From Thermoanaerobaculia bacterium (GTDB lineage: Bacteria; Acidobacteriota; Thermoanaerobaculia; Multivoradales; Multivoraceae): a stretch of DNA of 64,000 nucleotides. The position numbers and the translations under genes were made by a program. The notes beneath the pieces were generated by a model. The model did no database searches. It had not been told where the DNA came from and worked only from the letters and a program-made list of their open reading frames with translations. Numbering within the stretch: the first letter of the stretch is position 1; each line of letters starts with the position of its first letter. The DNA is taken from assembly GCA_963666565.1 (NCBI GenBank), contig OY762911.1, positions 512,001-576,000 of the forward strand. Reading direction: 5' to 3'. This document shows, in pieces, positions 58,599-64,000 of this stretch.

Positions 58599-59150
58599 TC
58601 AGCCGGACGCCACGGCGAGTGCCTCCTCGATCGCCCTGCGGACCACGCTGGCGCCGGTCAGGCCCATCGAGACGTAGGACACCTCGCCCCGCGGGTCGAG
58701 CACCAAGACAGTCGGCAGGGCGTAGAGCTCCGCCTCGCCCATCACCTCCGCCTCGGGGTCGAGCAGCACCGGATAGCTGAACGGCGTCTCCTCGACGTAC
58801 TCGCGGACAGCCTCCGGATCCTCCCCGCTGTTCAGCGCGAGGAAACTGACCCCTCGACCCGCGTACTCCTCGTGCAGCCCCTCGATGATCACCGCCTGAG
58901 GGACGCAGGGCTTGCACCACGTCGCCCAGACGTCGACCACGACGACGTCTCCGCGCAGGTCCGGCGGACCCAGCCGGGATCCCTCCAGCGTGTCCAGCCG
59001 GAAGCTGGTCAGGATCGGATCGAGCTCCGAAACCTCCGGCGGCTCGGGGAACGCCAGCAGACTCGGCAGGACGAAGCCGAGAACCGCGACGAAACCGGCC
59101 GCGCCCGCGCCCAGGCCGATCAGCAGGCCGATCGCCAAACGTCTGGTCAT
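58599..59150 (-). CDS. TlpA/ResA-family thiol-disulfide reductase, membrane-anchored
   Basis: N-terminal TM; VWATWCKPC and ALPT motifs. Confidence 0.92.
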   Translation of the reverse strand: MTRRLAIGLLIGLGAGAAGFVAVLGFVLPSLLAFPEPPEVSELDPILTSFRLDTLEGSRLGPPDLRGDVVVVDVWATWCKPCVPQAVIIEGLHEEYAGRGVSFLALNSGEDPEAVREYVEETPFSYPVLLDPEAEVMGEAELYALPTVLVLDPRGEVSYVSMGLTGASVVRRAIEEALAVASG

Positions 59151-59224
59151 GCCGGCAGACTAGCAGCGTTCGCCGCCGTGGGGCTGCCGCCGTCGGCGGC
59201 CGGTTCCATGCGGACCGGCCAGGG

Positions 59225-62092
<2,868 letters not shown>

Positions 62093-62234
62093 CGTCTCTC
62101 TCCCTTCGGTGTTCCCCGGCGCCGGCGTCAACCCACGCGGACCCGGCGCGAACCGTTCCGCGCCGTTCGTGAGGGTAGTGCCATGCCTGAGGGGGTGTGA
62201 GCCTGCATTGAAGCCAGACGGCGAGTCTAACCGG

Positions 62235-62288
62235 CGGCTAGTCCAATATGTAGTGGTTGTCAAGGGGTGAAGGCACGAGATATGGAGA
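62235..62288 (-). promoter_or_regulatory. nrdJ promoter with tandem NrdR boxes
   Basis: -35 TTGACA at 62263-62258; box CCACTACATATTGGAC (62256-62241) fills the 17-bp spacer; weaker box GCACGAGATATGGAGA at 62273-62288, offset by 32 bp. Confidence 0.8.
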
Positions 62289-62430
62289 TCCATCGGCTCA
62301 TGCAGACTCTTCGATATACGCGGAGAAGCTGCGGAGACGCGCCCGGATCCTGCGGATTCGGGCCGCTTGGCGCGCCCTCTCGCAAGCCGGGGCGGCGCCC
62401 GGCCGCCGAGCGGCGATAAGCTCTCCCGCC

Positions 62431-63996
62431 GTGAGCGCCCGCACGACGAGTTCGGACATCGAGCTGCCGCCCTTCTTCGCGTCGGACGACGCCGCGGAGG
62501 ACGCCGCCGGCCCCGCCCCGCCCGGCGCGTTCCCGTTCACCCGCGGCCTGTACCGGGACATGTACCGGAAGCGGCTGTGGACGATGCGGCAGTACGCCGG
62601 CTACGCCAGCGCCACCGAGTCGAACCGCCGCTACCGCTACCTGCTGGAACAGGGCACGACCGGCCTCTCGGTCGCCTTCGATCTCCCCACCCAGATCGGC
62701 TACGACTCGGACGCCCGGGCCGCCCGCGGCGAGGTGGGGCGCGTCGGCGTCGCGATCGACAGCGTCGAGGACATGAGGACACTGTTCGACGGCATCCCGC
62801 TCGGCCAGGTCACGACCTCGATGACGATCAACTCGACGGCCGCGATCCTGCTCTCGATGTACCTGGCGGTGGCCGAGGAGCAGGGGACGCCGTGGGAAAG
62901 CGTCGGCGGCACGGTGCAGAACGACATCCTGAAGGAGTACATCGCGCGCGGCACCCACATCTACCCGCCGCGGCACTCACTGCGCCTGGTCACCGACCTG
63001 ATCGTCTTCTGTTCCGAGCGCGTCCCGCGCTGGAATCCGATCTCCATCTCCGGCTACCACATCCGCGAGGCCGGATCGACCGCCGCCCAGGAGGTCGCCT
63101 TCACCCTCGCCAACGCCCTCTGCTACGTCGACCTCGTGCTGGCCCGCGGGCTCGAGATCGACGGCTTCGCCCCCCGGCTGTCCTTCTTCTTCAACGCCCA
63201 CAACAACTTCCTCGAGGAAGTCGCCAAGTTCCGGGCCGCCCGCCAGCTCTGGGCCGAACTCGTCCGCGAGCGCTACGAGCCGCGAAACGAACGCTCCTGC
63301 TGGCTGCGCTTCCACGCCCAGACCGGCGGCTCGACGCTGACCGCGCAGCAGCCCGAGAACAACGTCGCCCGAGTGGCGATCCAGGCGCTGGCCGCCGTCT
63401 GCGGCGGCACCCAGTCGCTGCACACGAACGGGGCCGACGAGGCGCTCGGCCTGCCGACCGAGACCTCGGCCCGGGTGGCGCTCCGCAGCCAGCAGATCGT
63501 CGCCCACGAGACCGGAGTCGCCGACGTCGCCGATCCGCTCGGTGGCGCCTGGGCGGTGGAGGCGCTCACCGAGGAGCTCGTGGCCAGGGCCCGGACCACG
63601 ATCGAGCAGATCGAGGAACTCGGCGGCGCCGCCCGCGCGGTCGAGTCGGGCTACCAGCAGAACGAGATCGCCAACGCCGCCTACCGCCACCAGTTGGCCG
63701 TCGAGTCCCGGGACGAGGTGATCGTCGGCGTCAACGCCTATACCCAGGAAGAAGACGAGGATGCCACGTTCCTGGCCGTCGACCCGGCCGCCGAGGCCCG
63801 GCAGGTCGAGCGGGTGCGGAAGGTCCGCGAGGAGCGCGACGCGAGCGCCGCCGAAGCGGCCCTCGACCGGCTGCGCGAGGCGGCGACCGGCGGGGAGAAC
63901 CTCGTCCCCCGCATCCTCGACTGCGTCCGCCGGCGGGCCACCCTGGGCGAGATCTCGGACCGCCTGCGGGCCGTCTGGGGCGAGTACGAACGGTGA
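62431..63996 (+). CDS. methylmalonyl-CoA mutase family, substrate-binding (large) subunit
   Basis: [36 protein letters not shown] and [10 protein letters not shown] motifs; no B12-binding domain. Confidence 0.95.
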   Translation: MSARTTSSDIELPPFFASDDAAEDAAGPAPPGAFPFTRGLYRDMYRKRLWTMRQYAGYASATESNRRYRYLLEQGTTGLSVAFDLPTQIGYDSDARAARGEVGRVGVAIDSVEDMRTLFDGIPLGQVTTSMTINSTAAILLSMYLAVAEEQGTPWESVGGTVQNDILKEYIARGTHIYPPRHSLRLVTDLIVFCSERVPRWNPISISGYHIREAGSTAAQEVAFTLANALCYVDLVLARGLEIDGFAPRLSFFFNAHNNFLEEVAKFRAARQLWAELVRERYEPRNERSCWLRFHAQTGGSTLTAQQPENNVARVAIQALAAVCGGTQSLHTNGADEALGLPTETSARVALRSQQIVAHETGVADVADPLGGAWAVEALTEELVARARTTIEQIEELGGAARAVESGYQQNEIANAAYRHQLAVESRDEVIVGVNAYTQEEDEDATFLAVDPAAEARQVERVRKVREERDASAAEAALDRLREAATGGENLVPRILDCVRRRATLGEISDRLRAVWGEYER

Positions 63997-64000
63997 GCCG

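Noticed and set aside
58599-59150. TlpA as the dedicated reductant of NrdJ
   Set aside because: It has an N-terminal membrane anchor typical of periplasm-facing proteins and its own promoter box; adjacency alone is not enough.
62093-62430. Cobalamin riboswitch between nrdJ and the mutase
   Set aside because: The conserved B12-box and core motifs were not recognisable on either strand.

Overview
A very GC-rich bacterial chromosomal window. Gene content (GWxTD protein, CarboxypepD_reg-repeat giant protein, TPR-bearing sigma54 activator, hrcA-grpE-dnaJ order) suggests Acidobacteriota, possibly Thermoanaerobaculia; this is an inference only. Most of it is housekeeping: the ffh-rpsP-khpA-rimM-trmD-rplS-rnhB cluster, alaS, recX, rsmE, dnaJ/grpE/hrcA, nrdR, lon, thiL, aroA, lpxH, mrp, plsC, mlaEFD, folE, a queD-like gene, an rlmD-like gene, nrdJ and methylmalonyl-CoA mutase. 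The notable parts are: (1) a Tat-exported PaoABC-like molybdoenzyme operon whose FAD subunit seems to lack most [4Fe-4S] cysteines and which is extended by a 5-Cys microprotein and a DUF1326 gene; (2) an ~8 kb island between ffh and rpsP, bracketed by inverted REP-like composites, holding a decayed MmeI-like restriction-modification gene, three IS elements and an IS-split secreted Cys-rich protein; (3) a protein with three MerR-like HTH domains and histone-H1-like linkers; (4) a secreted phospholipase A2-like gene with a possible partner, divergent from a giant surface protein; (5) an Rdx/SelW selenoprotein (CxxU plus SECIS-like hairpin) missed by the ORF track; (6) two families of palindromic repeats; (7) a recurrent leaderless-promoter architecture. 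All product calls come from motif recognition by eye; no searches were run.
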